Both the position numbers and the translations under genes were made by a program. A DNA stretch of 47,331 bases, taken from an uncultured Legionellales bacterium. Its GTDB lineage: Bacteria; Pseudomonadota; Gammaproteobacteria; Eutrophobiales; Eutrophobiaceae. The DNA is taken from positions 1-47,331 of the forward strand of contig CAJWQR010000005.1 of assembly GCA_913045195.1 (NCBI GenBank), in the 5' to 3' direction. The notes under the pieces were generated by a model. That model was not told where the DNA came from and searched no databases. It worked only from the letters and a program-made list of their open reading frames with translations. Position 1 is the first letter of the stretch; the number at the start of each line of letters is the position of its first letter. Below, piece by piece: positions 30,268 through 40,866 of the stretch.

Positions 30268-31415
30268 TGAATACCTACTTCCCCAGCAATACGATTAAGC
30301 GCAGCTTCCATTACTTCATGGTATCTAGGGATCGCCTTTAGGAAAGAATCGTGTCCTTGTTTAGATTGAATTTCTATATAACTAACTTGTTTATTCGTTT
30401 CAAGTAATGCACTCATAATTTCTTTTGATCGCGAAGGAGAAAAACGCCAGTCACTACTAAAAGAAATAATTAAAAACTCTGCTGTTGCCGGAGACATTAC
30501 TTTTGCCAGATCGCCATTTGATTTAGCAGCCGGGTCAAAATAATCAAGTACTTTTGTTAACAATAAATAACTATTTGCATCGAAGCGATCAACAAATGAA
30601 CGCCCCTGGTGTCTTAAGTAACTTTCAATTTGAAATTCAACATCATAACCAAATTTTATTTCACCATCGCGAAGTTGACGACCAAATTTTTCATCAAGGG
30701 CATCATCAGACAGGTATGTGATATGTCCTAGCATTCTTGCCTGCATCAAACCATGTATCGGTTTATTATCATTCTTATAATAGTGTCCTTCGTTAAAATC
30801 ACGGTCCGATCGAATTACTTGTCTAGCTACTTCGTTGAATGCAATATTTTGAGTTGATAATTTCGCCGCCGCCGCAATGACAAAGGTATGTTTTAATCTG
30901 TTGGGATAGGCAATAGACCATTCCATGCATTGCATCCCGCCGAGACTTCCGCCAATAATGACTGCCCAGACATCAATACCAAGATGATCTGCTAACATTG
31001 CTTGGGTTTTTACCCAGTCCTCTACTGTGACAAGCGGGAAATTAGGTCCGTAGATTTTTCCAGTATCAGGATTAATGGTTAATGGGCCTGTTGAACCACT
31101 ACAACCCCCAATATTATTAGGGCACACAATAAAAAATTTATTAGTATCGATTATTTTGTTAGGACCTATCGCATTATCCCACCACCCGGGCTTCTTATCT
31201 TCTAATGTATGGTAACCGGCAACATGGTGGTCCCCGCTTAACGCATGACATATTAATATTGCATTAGAGTGTTCAGCATTTAATTTACCATAGGTTTCAT
31301 AGACAAGGTCAAAGCCATTTAAATTGCTCCCTGATGCCAAAACTAGGGTTTCATCAAAATGGGCCTTATTTGGTTTAACCAAACCAACATTGTCGGGTGG
31401 TAATGTATTTTTCAT
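30264..31415 (-). CDS. metX: homoserine O-acyltransferase (MetX family; acetyl vs succinyl undetermined)
   Basis: [33 protein letters not shown]. Confidence 0.95.
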   Translation of the reverse strand: MKNTLPPDNVGLVKPNKAHFDETLVLASGSNLNGFDLVYETYGKLNAEHSNAILICHALSGDHHVAGYHTLEDKKPGWWDNAIGPNKIIDTNKFFIVCPNNIGGCSGSTGPLTINPDTGKIYGPNFPLVTVEDWVKTQAMLADHLGIDVWAVIIGGSLGGMQCMEWSIAYPNRLKHTFVIAAAAKLSTQNIAFNEVARQVIRSDRDFNEGHYYKNDNKPIHGLMQARMLGHITYLSDDALDEKFGRQLRDGEIKFGYDVEFQIESYLRHQGRSFVDRFDANSYLLLTKVLDYFDPAAKSNGDLAKVMSPATAEFLIISFSSDWRFSPSRSKEIMSALLETNKQVSYIEIQSKQGHDSFLKAIPRYHEVMEAALNRIAGEVGIQ

Positions 31416-31447
31416 ATTAATTTAAATTTTTATAAATAAGATATTTT

Positions 31448-32029
31448 TTAATGCCGGAGACTATGGCCTACATCCATTAGAGGCGAAATAAGCAGTATCA
31501 TCAAAAGATTTATAATGACAAGGATAATTAGAGGCGAGAAATCAAAACCTCCTGTCGAAGGAACGTTCCGTCTCACCGGTCTTAAAATCGGTTCGCTTAG
31601 TTGATGCATTATCATTGTGATTGGATTGTAGGCATCAGGGTTTATCCAGCTAATAATAACCTGAACAATTATAATGAATAAGTAAATATAGAGTATCGTT
31701 TTTAATAAGTGAGCTAAAGTTAGAATAATTAAACCGCTGAATGCCAGCATCTCTCCACTTATAATTAATTCAACCAATGTTACTTCCAAAGCCTGGACTA
31801 AAAGCAACGCCACTATAGATGACCAGTCAACGCCAAGATAACCAGGTATTTTTCTTCTCAAGGGCTTGAGTAACGGGTTCGTGATTTTGATAATTAACCC
31901 AGATAATGGATTGAAAGAATCAGCATGCGCTTTTGTTAATAAATAACGCAGCAATAAGGCGATAATAAAAATATCAAAAAATAGTTCAACTAAAAAAATA
32001 GTTGCCTGAGTAAAATAATCACCACTCAT
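31448..32029 (-). CDS. yggT: YggT family membrane protein
   Basis: Two repeats (TNPLLKPLRR..P...D.S and SEPILRPVRR..P..GGFDFSP). Confidence 0.93.
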   Translation of the reverse strand: MSGDYFTQATIFLVELFFDIFIIALLLRYLLTKAHADSFNPLSGLIIKITNPLLKPLRRKIPGYLGVDWSSIVALLLVQALEVTLVELIISGEMLAFSGLIILTLAHLLKTILYIYLFIIIVQVIISWINPDAYNPITMIMHQLSEPILRPVRRNVPSTGGFDFSPLIILVIINLLMILLISPLMDVGHSLRH

Positions 32030-32031
32030 TT

Positions 32032-32856
32032 TTAATCCTTAAATGATTTTGATAATTCTACGGAACGCCTTTTTGCCGCATCCATAGCATTGCGAATTAG
32101 TTTATCTAGTTTCCCCTGTATAAAAATATTTAAGGCTTGTTCAGTTGTTCCGCCTGGCGATGAAACTTGTTTGCGAAGCGTCGTTGGTTCATATGAAGAT
32201 AATAATGCCATTTTTGCAGCACCAAGCGCGGTTTCAATTGTTAACAAATGAGCATCTTCTTTATTTAAACCCATTTCGATAGCGTTCTTTTCCATTAGTT
32301 CCATAAAATAAAAGAAGTAGGCAGGACCACTGCCAGATAACGCAGTAACAACATCCATCTGTTCTTCAGCGTCAAGCCATATGGCGGCACCTACCGATCT
32401 CATAATGGTTTCGGCAGTATTTCTTTGTTTATCATTAGTAAATTCATTTGCATATAGAGCGCTAGCCCCTGCCTGTATAAGAGCTGGCATATTGGGCATA
32501 GTTCTGACAATTGCTGATGACTGGTCAAGCCAATTTGCTATTGATTGAAGTTTGACCCCGGCAGCAACAGATACTATTAATTTGTTTTCGATTTTGATAT
32601 TTTCCGCAATTTCTTTAACAACTGTAGGCATTACTTGTGGTTTTACTGCAAAAATAATGACATCGGCATGTTTTGCGGCATCATAATTTACGTTAAAAAC
32701 TCTAATGCCATATTTTTCTGAAATCAGTTGTTGTTGTGTCTTATCAGCGTCAGCTGCGATTAATTTCTCAGGCTTTATTCCATTAGCAATCAGACCGCCA
32801 ATCATACTGCTGGCGATATTCCCGCTACCAATAAATGCTATTGTGAGATTTTCCAT
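32032..32856 (-). CDS. proC: pyrroline-5-carboxylate reductase
   Basis: FIGSGN, AVKPQ, RTMPN, SGSGPAY, VSSPGGTT. Confidence 0.97.
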   Translation of the reverse strand: MENLTIAFIGSGNIASSMIGGLIANGIKPEKLIAADADKTQQQLISEKYGIRVFNVNYDAAKHADVIIFAVKPQVMPTVVKEIAENIKIENKLIVSVAAGVKLQSIANWLDQSSAIVRTMPNMPALIQAGASALYANEFTNDKQRNTAETIMRSVGAAIWLDAEEQMDVVTALSGSGPAYFFYFMELMEKNAIEMGLNKEDAHLLTIETALGAAKMALLSSYEPTTLRKQVSSPGGTTEQALNIFIQGKLDKLIRNAMDAAKRRSVELSKSFKD

Positions 32857-32890
32857 AATTTAGATAATTTATTTCTAGAAGTAACTCGAA

Positions 32891-32919
32891 AGTATAACGA
32901 TGTCAGCAAAAAATATCAG
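32891..32919 (-). promoter_or_regulatory. candidate sigma70 promoter for proC
   Basis: CTGATA-N17-TATACT in the yggS-proC gap. Confidence 0.35.
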
Positions 32920-32944
32920 GCTGTACGTAGTAAGTTAAGGTTTT

Positions 32945-33628
32945 TTATCTATCACGAGGGCCAAAAACGGCTGTACCTATGCGAACACAAGTCGCTCCTT
33001 CGGCAATAGCTGCCTCCATATCCTGCGTTGTTCCTATAGACAAAGTATCAAGCTCCGGATTATCCGCTCCCAATTCATGCAGCAGCTTCTTTAGTGATGA
33101 AAAAGAGTTTCTTTGTTCCTCGAAGCTAGATTTTATTTTTGGCAGAGACATTAACCCTCTTACTTTTAGTCGTTTGAAGTGTTTAAGCTCATTAATGAAG
33201 TCTTCTACTTCGTTAATTGATAGGCCTGATTTTGTTGCTTCATCATTAGTATTGACCTGAATACATATATTTAATGGCGCCATATTATCCGGGCGCATTT
33301 CATCTAGCCGACGTGCTATTTTTATTCTATCTACGGTATGCGCCCAATCAAAATAATGAGCAATTTGTTTTGTTTTATTAGATTGAATGGGGCCAATAAA
33401 GTGCCATATAACATTTGGTTGAGTAATGGCCTTAATTTTCTCAATAGCCTCCTGACAGTAATTTTCTCCGAAATGCCGTTGATTTTCATTGATGGCCATT
33501 ATTATTTCATTGATTTTTCTTGTTTTACTGACTGCGATTAAGCAAACAGAGTTTTCTTCGCGGCCAAATTGTTTTTCCGCGGCGCTAATTTTGTTACGAA
33601 TTTGGGTTAAATTGTTAGCGATTTTCAT
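32945..33628 (-). CDS. yggS: PLP homeostasis protein YggS
   Basis: LIAVSK, FGENY, WHFIGPIQSNK, VRIGTAVFG. Confidence 0.96.
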   Translation of the reverse strand: MKIANNLTQIRNKISAAEKQFGREENSVCLIAVSKTRKINEIIMAINENQRHFGENYCQEAIEKIKAITQPNVIWHFIGPIQSNKTKQIAHYFDWAHTVDRIKIARRLDEMRPDNMAPLNICIQVNTNDEATKSGLSINEVEDFINELKHFKRLKVRGLMSLPKIKSSFEEQRNSFSSLKKLLHELGADNPELDTLSIGTTQDMEAAIAEGATCVRIGTAVFGPRDR

Positions 33629-33841
33629 AAAATTGGTGTTATTTAATCTCTGATGCTATTAACACTAGGCCAGTATTGCAGTACCCTATGGTATATAAAA
33701 ATCAGTGAAACTGGTAATGCATAATAATGCTTTAAGGATAGTGGTTTTTTCTACTCGGAGTGTGTGAAAACGTAAAAACCAAGAAGTTAAATAAATTTAA
33801 TAATCATAATAAAATAAACGTTAGTTTTGGGGAGAGGGTAA

Positions 33842-34876
33842 ATGGAAATTAGCGATCTTTTGACCAAAGGCGTAGAGCTCGGCTGTTCTGATCTTCACTT
33901 ATCGGCAGGAATGCCGCCATGTTTTCGTATTGATGGCGATATTAAAAAAATCAAAACACCCCCTATGGAACACAAAGATGTGCACAGCATGGTTTACGAT
34001 ATTATGAACGATAAGCAAAGGAAAGATTTTGAAGAGTTTCTCGAATGTGATTTTTCTTTTGAAATTCCTAATTTAGCACGTTTTCGTGTTAATGCATTTA
34101 ATCACAACCGTGGCGCGGGCGCAGTTTTTAGAACAATCCCATCAGAAATACTCTCTCTTGAAAAGCTTGGTGCGCCGAATATTTTTAAAGAAATTTCCGA
34201 CTATCCACGGGGAGTTGTATTGGTAACGGGCCCAACGGGGTCTGGTAAATCAACAACTTTAGCCGCCATGGTCGATCATAAAAACGACACAGAATATGGG
34301 CATATCCTGACAGTTGAAGATCCAATTGAATTTGTTCATCAAAGCAAAAAGTGTCTGATTAATCAGCGAGAAGTCCATAGAGATACGCTCGGGTTTAATG
34401 AAGCTCTACGATCAGCATTGCGTGAAGATCCAGACGTTATACTTGTCGGGGAAATGCGTGATCTTGAAACAATTCGATTAGCATTATCAGCGGCTGAAAC
34501 AGGTCACCTTGTCTTTGGGACGCTTCACACAAGTTCTGCTGCGAAAACAATCGATCGTATTGTTGATGTATTCCCGGCCGATGAAAAAGAAATGGTGCGC
34601 GCAATGTTATCAGAATCATTAAAAGCAGTTATTTCGCAAACGCTACTAAAAAAACAGGGTGGCGGACGAGTTGCGGCGCATGAGATTATGATTGGTACCC
34701 CAGGAATTCGTAATTTAATTAGAGAAAATAAAATTGCACAAATGTACTCAGCAATCCAAACTGGAAAATCATTTGGTATGCAAACACTCGATCAGGATTT
34801 ACAACGATTAGTACAGGCCAATGTTGTGACACAACAAGAAGCCGCATCGAAAGCCGCAAATAAAGACAATATTTAA
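33842..34876 (+). CDS. pilT: type IV pilus retraction ATPase PilT
   Basis: SDLHL, GPTGSGKST, EDPIE, LREDPD, GHLVFGTLH, GIRNLIRE. Divergent from yggS. Confidence 0.96.
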   Translation: MEISDLLTKGVELGCSDLHLSAGMPPCFRIDGDIKKIKTPPMEHKDVHSMVYDIMNDKQRKDFEEFLECDFSFEIPNLARFRVNAFNHNRGAGAVFRTIPSEILSLEKLGAPNIFKEISDYPRGVVLVTGPTGSGKSTTLAAMVDHKNDTEYGHILTVEDPIEFVHQSKKCLINQREVHRDTLGFNEALRSALREDPDVILVGEMRDLETIRLALSAAETGHLVFGTLHTSSAAKTIDRIVDVFPADEKEMVRAMLSESLKAVISQTLLKKQGGGRVAAHEIMIGTPGIRNLIRENKIAQMYSAIQTGKSFGMQTLDQDLQRLVQANVVTQQEAASKAANKDNI

Positions 34877-34913
34877 CTGATAGCAAAAACATTTTTAGGT
34901 TGGGAGGAGCTGG

Positions 34914-36077
34914 ATGGAAAGAGATAAGGCAATTAAGTTCATGCGCGATCTTCTCAAGGCATTAGTTGAGAGAGACGGATCTGATTTGTTTATTACGGTT
35001 GGGTTTCCTCCGGCGATGAAAATTCACGGGAAAGTAACCCCTGTATCAAAGACGAAACTTACTCCTGAAAACGCCAAGTCATTATGTCAAGCCTTAATGA
35101 ATGACAAACAATTAAAAGAATTTGATGCGACCAAAGAATGTAATTTTGCTGTTGCACCAGAAGGTGTCGGTCGTTTTCGTGCTAACGCTTATATACAGCA
35201 GGGTTATAGCGGTTTAGTTTTACGTGTTATTGAAACGGACGTGCCAAATATAGACAAGCTAAAACTACCGGAAGTTTTAAAAGATGTTGTGATGACTAAA
35301 AATGGTTTGGTTATTATGGTGGGTGGAACAGGTTCCGGCAAATCAACATCGTTAGCAGCAATGATTGACTATCGAAATGATAATACATATGGACACATAA
35401 TCACCATTGAAGACCCCATTGAATATGTCCACCCACATAAAAAATGCATTATTATGCAACGTGAAGTTGGTGTCGATACGGATGACTGGGAGATTGCGCT
35501 AAAAAATACTTTACGCCAGGCCCCGGATGTTATTTTACTTGGTGAAATTCGCGATCGTGAAACTATGGAATTTGCAATTGCTTTTGCTGAGACTGGCCAC
35601 TTGGCGATGGCAACTTTACATGCAAATAGCGCCAATCAGGCTCTTGATCGAATTATCAATTTTTTCCCAGAAGAACGTAAATCACAACTCCTGATGGATT
35701 TATCATTAAACTTAAAGTCAGTAATTTCACAACGTTTACTAAAAACACCTGACGGGAAAGGACGTGTTGCCGCAATTGAAATCTTATTGAATTCACCGCT
35801 TATCTCAGATTTGATATTAAAAGGCGACGTTCACGAGATTAAAACCATTATGTCGAAATCGAATGAACTTGGCATGAAGACATTCGACCAAGCGCTATTT
35901 GATTTATATGAAGCTGATAAAATTTCTTATGATGATGCCTTACGTTCTGCAGACTCAATGAACGAATTACGTTTACGTATTAAACTTGAAGGGAAAGCAG
36001 CTAAGGGTAAAGACCAAAAAGGCGGTTTAGATCATATTAATTTACACGAAGATGAAGAAGCAGGCAAAGTTCGTTAA
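34914..36077 (+). CDS. pilU: type IV pilus ATPase PilU
   Basis: SDLFITVGFPP, GGTGSGKST, LRQAPD, TLHANSANQALDRIINFFP, ADSMNELRL. Confidence 0.93.
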   Translation: MERDKAIKFMRDLLKALVERDGSDLFITVGFPPAMKIHGKVTPVSKTKLTPENAKSLCQALMNDKQLKEFDATKECNFAVAPEGVGRFRANAYIQQGYSGLVLRVIETDVPNIDKLKLPEVLKDVVMTKNGLVIMVGGTGSGKSTSLAAMIDYRNDNTYGHIITIEDPIEYVHPHKKCIIMQREVGVDTDDWEIALKNTLRQAPDVILLGEIRDRETMEFAIAFAETGHLAMATLHANSANQALDRIINFFPEERKSQLLMDLSLNLKSVISQRLLKTPDGKGRVAAIEILLNSPLISDLILKGDVHEIKTIMSKSNELGMKTFDQALFDLYEADKISYDDALRSADSMNELRLRIKLEGKAAKGKDQKGGLDHINLHEDEEAGKVR

Positions 36078-36106
36078 CAAAAGCATAAAAATTATTTAAT
36101 AAACAT

Positions 36107-37168
36107 ATGAAAAATCACCTTACCCCGCATCTTGAGTTAATGGTAGAAAAAGAGGCTTCAGATCTTTTTCTAACAGCAAATTCACCTGTAAAAATTAAAA
36201 TAGAAGGTAAAATAATATCTGTAGGTAAGACAATATTAACGCCCGAAGCAACAGATAAAATTGCGCATAGCGTAATGGATAAAGCGCAGGAGGCTATTTT
36301 TAAAGAAACACTGGAATGCGATTTTGCTATAGCTTTAAAAGACTCCGATCGATTTCGGGTTAATGTATTCCGCCAACGCGGCCATGTTAGTATGGTGTTG
36401 CGGCGTATTCAAAGCAAAATACCCACCATTGAAGAGCTGGGTTTCCCAGAAATTTTATCAGAAATGAGTTTATTGAAACGTGGTCTTATACTTATGGTGG
36501 GTGCAACAGGATCTGGTAAGTCAACGACATTGGCGGCGATGGTCAATCATCGAAATCAAAGTTCATCAGGCCATATATTGACGATTGAAGATCCAATAGA
36601 ATTTAGCCATCAGAATATTAAGTCAATTGTCAATCAACGAGAAGTTGGTGTTGATACAAAATCATATGCAAATGCTCTCAAAGCCTCACTACGCGAAGCC
36701 CCAGATGTAATACTAGTTGGCGAGATTAGAGTTAGAGAGACAATGGAGGCGGCACTTGAATTGAGTAATACAGGACATCTCGCTTTATCTACCCTTCATG
36801 CAAATAATGCAGGACAAGCCATTGAACGTGTTATTAATATGTTCCCACAATCTATGCATAAACAATTATTAATGGATTTGTCACTGAATGTTCGAGGTAT
36901 TATTTCACAACGACTTGTAAAAGCAAAAGATGGTAAAAGATGTGCTGCTTTAGAAATATTAGTCATGACCCCACACATACAAGATCTAATCTTGAAAGGG
37001 GATATTGAAGAAATCAAAATAGCTATGGAAGAGAGCGGGAAAAAAGGTATGCAGACATTTGATACGGCGTTACATAATTTATATAAAGAGGGGCGTATTG
37101 AACTAGAAGAAGCGTTAAATAATGCAAGTTCAAGAACAAATCTTGAAGCTAAAATAAATTTTGGGTAA
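36107..37168 (+). CDS. second PilU-like type IVa pilus ATPase
   Basis: SDLFL, GATGSGKST, LREAPD, TLHANNAGQAIERVINMFP. Confidence 0.9.
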   Translation: MKNHLTPHLELMVEKEASDLFLTANSPVKIKIEGKIISVGKTILTPEATDKIAHSVMDKAQEAIFKETLECDFAIALKDSDRFRVNVFRQRGHVSMVLRRIQSKIPTIEELGFPEILSEMSLLKRGLILMVGATGSGKSTTLAAMVNHRNQSSSGHILTIEDPIEFSHQNIKSIVNQREVGVDTKSYANALKASLREAPDVILVGEIRVRETMEAALELSNTGHLALSTLHANNAGQAIERVINMFPQSMHKQLLMDLSLNVRGIISQRLVKAKDGKRCAALEILVMTPHIQDLILKGDIEEIKIAMEESGKKGMQTFDTALHNLYKEGRIELEEALNNASSRTNLEAKINFG

Positions 37169-37208
37169 AAATCATTTTTTTATTCATTACTGAATTATTT
37201 TATAACGC

Positions 37209-38096
37209 TTAGTTTTGAAATTGAACGATACTCTTTGCTTCAAATACAGGGCCATCAACACAAACACGTTTCATTGCATTTCCATTTTCAGTTTTAATTA
37301 ATACTGTACAGCCAGCACATCCGCCAACTGCACAAGCCATGTATTCTTCGAGTGATACTTGGCAGGGTAAATCATATTTGTTAGCAAGTTCACTTACTGC
37401 CTTTAGCATTGGTGTAGGCCCACAGGAGAATATTTCTACTTCTTGACGTTGATCATCATCAAGTTTTTCTAACCATATATTTGCAAGTTCAGTTACATAA
37501 CCATTAAAACAACCTGCATAATCATTTAAGCTAGTAAGACGTGATGGCATACCCCAGTCATCTAATAAAGGCATTGACGCAATCACATCGGCAGGTATTT
37601 CTTTTAGCATTATTTTTGATGGTTGAATTTTAAAGGGAAACGGAATTTCAGAGCCCATCAATATAAGTGGAGATAAATTTTTTGTTGTGTCCTTTATATG
37701 TTCTGCCAAAAAAATCATCGGCGGAATACCAACACCACCACCGATAAGTAGAGGGTATTTTTTGTAGTTTTTTATCTTAAAGGGTTGGCCAATTGGCCCT
37801 ATCAAATCAATTTCATCACCAACCTTTTTTTTAGATAATGCGTTTGTTCCTTCACCATGAACTTTATAAAGTATTTCAATTGTATTGTTTTTAGGAGTGC
37901 TGCGCATAATTGACATTGGTCGACGCATGTAAATAGTCGGGCTGCATTGCATATGAACAAAATGACCAGGTTTTGCATGCATAGATGTTTCTGGAGCTTG
38001 CAATATCATATGGTATTGACCGTTATCATAGATATCTTGTGATATCAGTTTTGCTTGTTCCACATATAATGTGTTACGTGTCTTTGGGCGGGCCAT
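37209..38096 (-). CDS. pyrK: dihydroorotate dehydrogenase electron transfer subunit
   Basis: RRPMS, GGGVGIPP, CGPTPML, EEYMACAVGGCAGC...VCVDGPVF (FAD and 2Fe-2S). ATG 38096 preferred. Confidence 0.9.
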   Translation of the reverse strand: MARPKTRNTLYVEQAKLISQDIYDNGQYHMILQAPETSMHAKPGHFVHMQCSPTIYMRRPMSIMRSTPKNNTIEILYKVHGEGTNALSKKKVGDEIDLIGPIGQPFKIKNYKKYPLLIGGGVGIPPMIFLAEHIKDTTKNLSPLILMGSEIPFPFKIQPSKIMLKEIPADVIASMPLLDDWGMPSRLTSLNDYAGCFNGYVTELANIWLEKLDDDQRQEVEIFSCGPTPMLKAVSELANKYDLPCQVSLEEYMACAVGGCAGCTVLIKTENGNAMKRVCVDGPVFEAKSIVQFQN

Positions 38097-38100
38097 TAGA

Positions 38101-39378
38101 TTAATCTGTACTAAAAACCACTTCACCATTTAGTAACGTATGAGTTACTTTGCCTTGTAGTTCCCAACCATGAAAGGGTGTATTTTTTCCAGTACTGAGC
38201 ATATTATTTTTATCAATACTGAGATTTGCACTTGGGTCATAAACACATAGATCTGCACCATTATTTTTTTCAAGCACACCTTTATTGACTCCTAATATAT
38301 CTGCAGGCTGTGAAGTTATTAACGAAATAGCTTGTTCAAATTTTACTTCATTTCGATTTACAAGATGCAAAATCAAGGGGAGTAAATGCTCGATTGTTGA
38401 AGCTCCTGGCTCAGTTAAGCTAAATGGAGCGCATTTAGCATTAGCATCATGTGGCTGATGATCCGAGCATACTGCAGCTATCGTTCCATCATTAATCCCC
38501 GCGATTAATCCCATTCGGTCACGTTCACTACGTAGCGGAGGCTGTAGATGACAATTACTATCATAATTAGCAATATCCATGTCAGTTAGGTGAAGATTAC
38601 AAATTGAGACATCTGCAGTTACCGGGGCCCCACGTTTCTTTGCCTCACAGATTAATTTGACCCCCCGCGAGGAAGATAAGCGACAAAAATGCGCACGAAC
38701 GTTTGTCTGTTCGATAAGCAATAAAGCCTGGCTTATTGCGATTGTTTCTGACGTTTCAGGTATTGCGGGCAATCCAAGCCTAGTGCTAATCGCACCCTCA
38801 TGAGCGACCCCATTGTTTTTTAATTTTTTGTCTTCCGCGTATATAAAAACAGTTAACCCACAACTATTCGCATACTCAAAAGCACGTCTTAGTACTTCCA
38901 TGTTTTCAATTCCGACAAGAGCATTACTGACGCCAACGCAGCCCGCTTCCTTTAGTAGATACATTTCTGCTAGTTGCTCCCCTTTTAATTCTTGTGTTAG
39001 TGCGCCTAGAGGATAAATATTTGCCCGATTAGTTTCCCGCGCACGTTGGCGAATAAATTCAACTACTGCTGGCGTATCAACAATCGGCGCGGTGTCTGGA
39101 GGCATACAAATTGATGTTACGCCATTACTATTTGCGGCATTAAGTTCGCTTTTGAAAGTTCCTTTCTTTCCAAAACCAGGCTCACGTAGTCTTGCGCAAA
39201 GATCAACTAACCCAGGTATAATAATTTTATCTTTTGCGTCAATTTTTATATCAGACTTAAAGCCTTCTGGTTTCTTTTTAAAAGCAACAATTTTGCCATC
39301 AGCAATAAAAATATCTTGTTTACCATCAAGCTTATTAGACGGGTCACATAATTTTCCATTTTCAATAGAAATACGCAT
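38101..39378 (-). CDS. pyrC: dihydroorotase-like protein, probably non-catalytic PyrC' (ATCase scaffold)
   Basis: DHOase fold motifs (LREPG, PPLR, SDHQPH, KNTPF), but HxH is replaced (DLCAR). Follows pyrB. Confidence 0.9.
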   Translation of the reverse strand: MRISIENGKLCDPSNKLDGKQDIFIADGKIVAFKKKPEGFKSDIKIDAKDKIIIPGLVDLCARLREPGFGKKGTFKSELNAANSNGVTSICMPPDTAPIVDTPAVVEFIRQRARETNRANIYPLGALTQELKGEQLAEMYLLKEAGCVGVSNALVGIENMEVLRRAFEYANSCGLTVFIYAEDKKLKNNGVAHEGAISTRLGLPAIPETSETIAISQALLLIEQTNVRAHFCRLSSSRGVKLICEAKKRGAPVTADVSICNLHLTDMDIANYDSNCHLQPPLRSERDRMGLIAGINDGTIAAVCSDHQPHDANAKCAPFSLTEPGASTIEHLLPLILHLVNRNEVKFEQAISLITSQPADILGVNKGVLEKNNGADLCVYDPSANLSIDKNNMLSTGKNTPFHGWELQGKVTHTLLNGEVVFSTD

Positions 39379-39384
39379 TATTTT

Positions 39385-40359
39385 TTATTCGTTTTTATCA
39401 TCATTTGTTAGACCCATCACCATTGCCATAATAGCCATCCGTACAGCAATGCCATGACTTACCTGCTGAAGAATTACTGAATGTTTGCCATCTGCAACAT
39501 TAGAATCAATTTCAATGCCTCGATTGATTGGCCCTGGGTGCATGACTATGGCATTTGTTTTGGCATATTTTAAACGTTCATTGGTTAGACCATATCTTTT
39601 AAAGTACTCATTTCCACTTGGCAATAACGCACCACGCATACGTTCGTGCTGTAGCCTTAACATCACTACAACGTCAACATCTTTTAGTCCATCATTCATT
39701 TCGTGGAAAACATGAACGCCAAGTTTTTCTATACCTTTTGGTATTAGAGTATGCGGACCGATTATTCTTATTTCGTTAACTCCAAGCGTATTTAACGCAT
39801 GAATTTCTGATCGAGCAACGCGTGAATGTAAGATATCTCCAACAATAGCCACACGTAATTTTGTGAAATCTTTTTTGTGTTGTTGAATAGTAAACATATC
39901 CAACATTGCCTGAGTTGGATGTTCGTGTCTTCCGTCACCCGCATTTATAACGCTAATATGTTGGGCTACTTGTGATGCGATATATTGTGCTGCACCACTA
40001 TTTGCATGACGAACGACAAACATATCGCAATGCATAGCTTCAAGCGTATGCAGGGTATCACTTAGAATTTCTCCTTTACTGGTTGCTGATGTTGAAATAT
40101 TTAGATTAAGTATATCAGCGGATAATCTCTTTGCTGCAAGTTCGAAAGTTGTACGAGTCCTTGTGCTTGGTTCAAAGAATAAATTAGCAATGGTTTTGCC
40201 ACGTAGTAGAGGTACTTTTTTTACAGGTCTTTTACCTACAGTGGCAAAAGATTCAGCGTAGTTGAGAATAGTGTGGAGTAATGGTTGGCTGAGTCCTTCG
40301 ATAGAAAGAAAATGCTTTAGATTGCCGTTTTTGTCGAGTTGAGTATTGTGTCCAGTCAT
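39385..40359 (-). CDS. pyrB: aspartate carbamoyltransferase catalytic subunit
   Basis: [32 protein letters not shown]. Confidence 0.98.
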   Translation of the reverse strand: MTGHNTQLDKNGNLKHFLSIEGLSQPLLHTILNYAESFATVGKRPVKKVPLLRGKTIANLFFEPSTRTRTTFELAAKRLSADILNLNISTSATSKGEILSDTLHTLEAMHCDMFVVRHANSGAAQYIASQVAQHISVINAGDGRHEHPTQAMLDMFTIQQHKKDFTKLRVAIVGDILHSRVARSEIHALNTLGVNEIRIIGPHTLIPKGIEKLGVHVFHEMNDGLKDVDVVVMLRLQHERMRGALLPSGNEYFKRYGLTNERLKYAKTNAIVMHPGPINRGIEIDSNVADGKHSVILQQVSHGIAVRMAIMAMVMGLTNDDKNE

Positions 40360-40862
40360 CCAGTTTTCTTAATTTCCAGTGCCAAGGGCTCTGGGCCAGA
40401 GAGTTTAACATGTTCCCCGTCTTTCAGTGTAATAGTTTTTCCGATGATATTTGCATGAACAGGCAGTTCTCTTCCGCTACGTTCTATGAGTATTGCTAAA
40501 ATAATGCTGGCGGGTCGCCCATAATCAAAGATTTCATTCATAGCAGCACGAATTGTACGGCCCGTATGTAATACATCGTCTACAAGTATTACATGTCGGT
40601 CATTTAAATTTGTCGATAATTTGCTTGGCCTAACTTCGGGGTGTATGCCAATTTTACTAAAATCATCACGATAAAAAGCGATATTCAATTCCCCTAATGG
40701 GTCTTTTAGCGCTAGTTTACGATGTAGTTGGCTTGCAATCCACACCCCACCCCGCTGTATTCCAATCATCAGAGGATTTTTGAGAGCGCGGGTATCGCAA
40801 TGAGAGTTTATGCGTTCAACCATATTATCCAACAATAAGCTTATGTCGATTTTTTCTGCCAT
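40356..40862 (-). CDS. pyrR: PyrR regulator/uracil phosphoribosyltransferase
   Basis: [24 protein letters not shown]. Start moved to ATG 40862 to avoid a long overlap with ruvX. Confidence 0.94.
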   Translation of the reverse strand: MAEKIDISLLLDNMVERINSHCDTRALKNPLMIGIQRGGVWIASQLHRKLALKDPLGELNIAFYRDDFSKIGIHPEVRPSKLSTNLNDRHVILVDDVLHTGRTIRAAMNEIFDYGRPASIILAILIERSGRELPVHANIIGKTITLKDGEHVKLSGPEPLALEIKKTG

Positions 40863-40866
40863 ATAT

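Noticed and set aside
33666-33680. GG...TTGCA as a sigma54 promoter for pilT
   Set aside because: GG-to-GC spacing is 8 nt, not the required 10.
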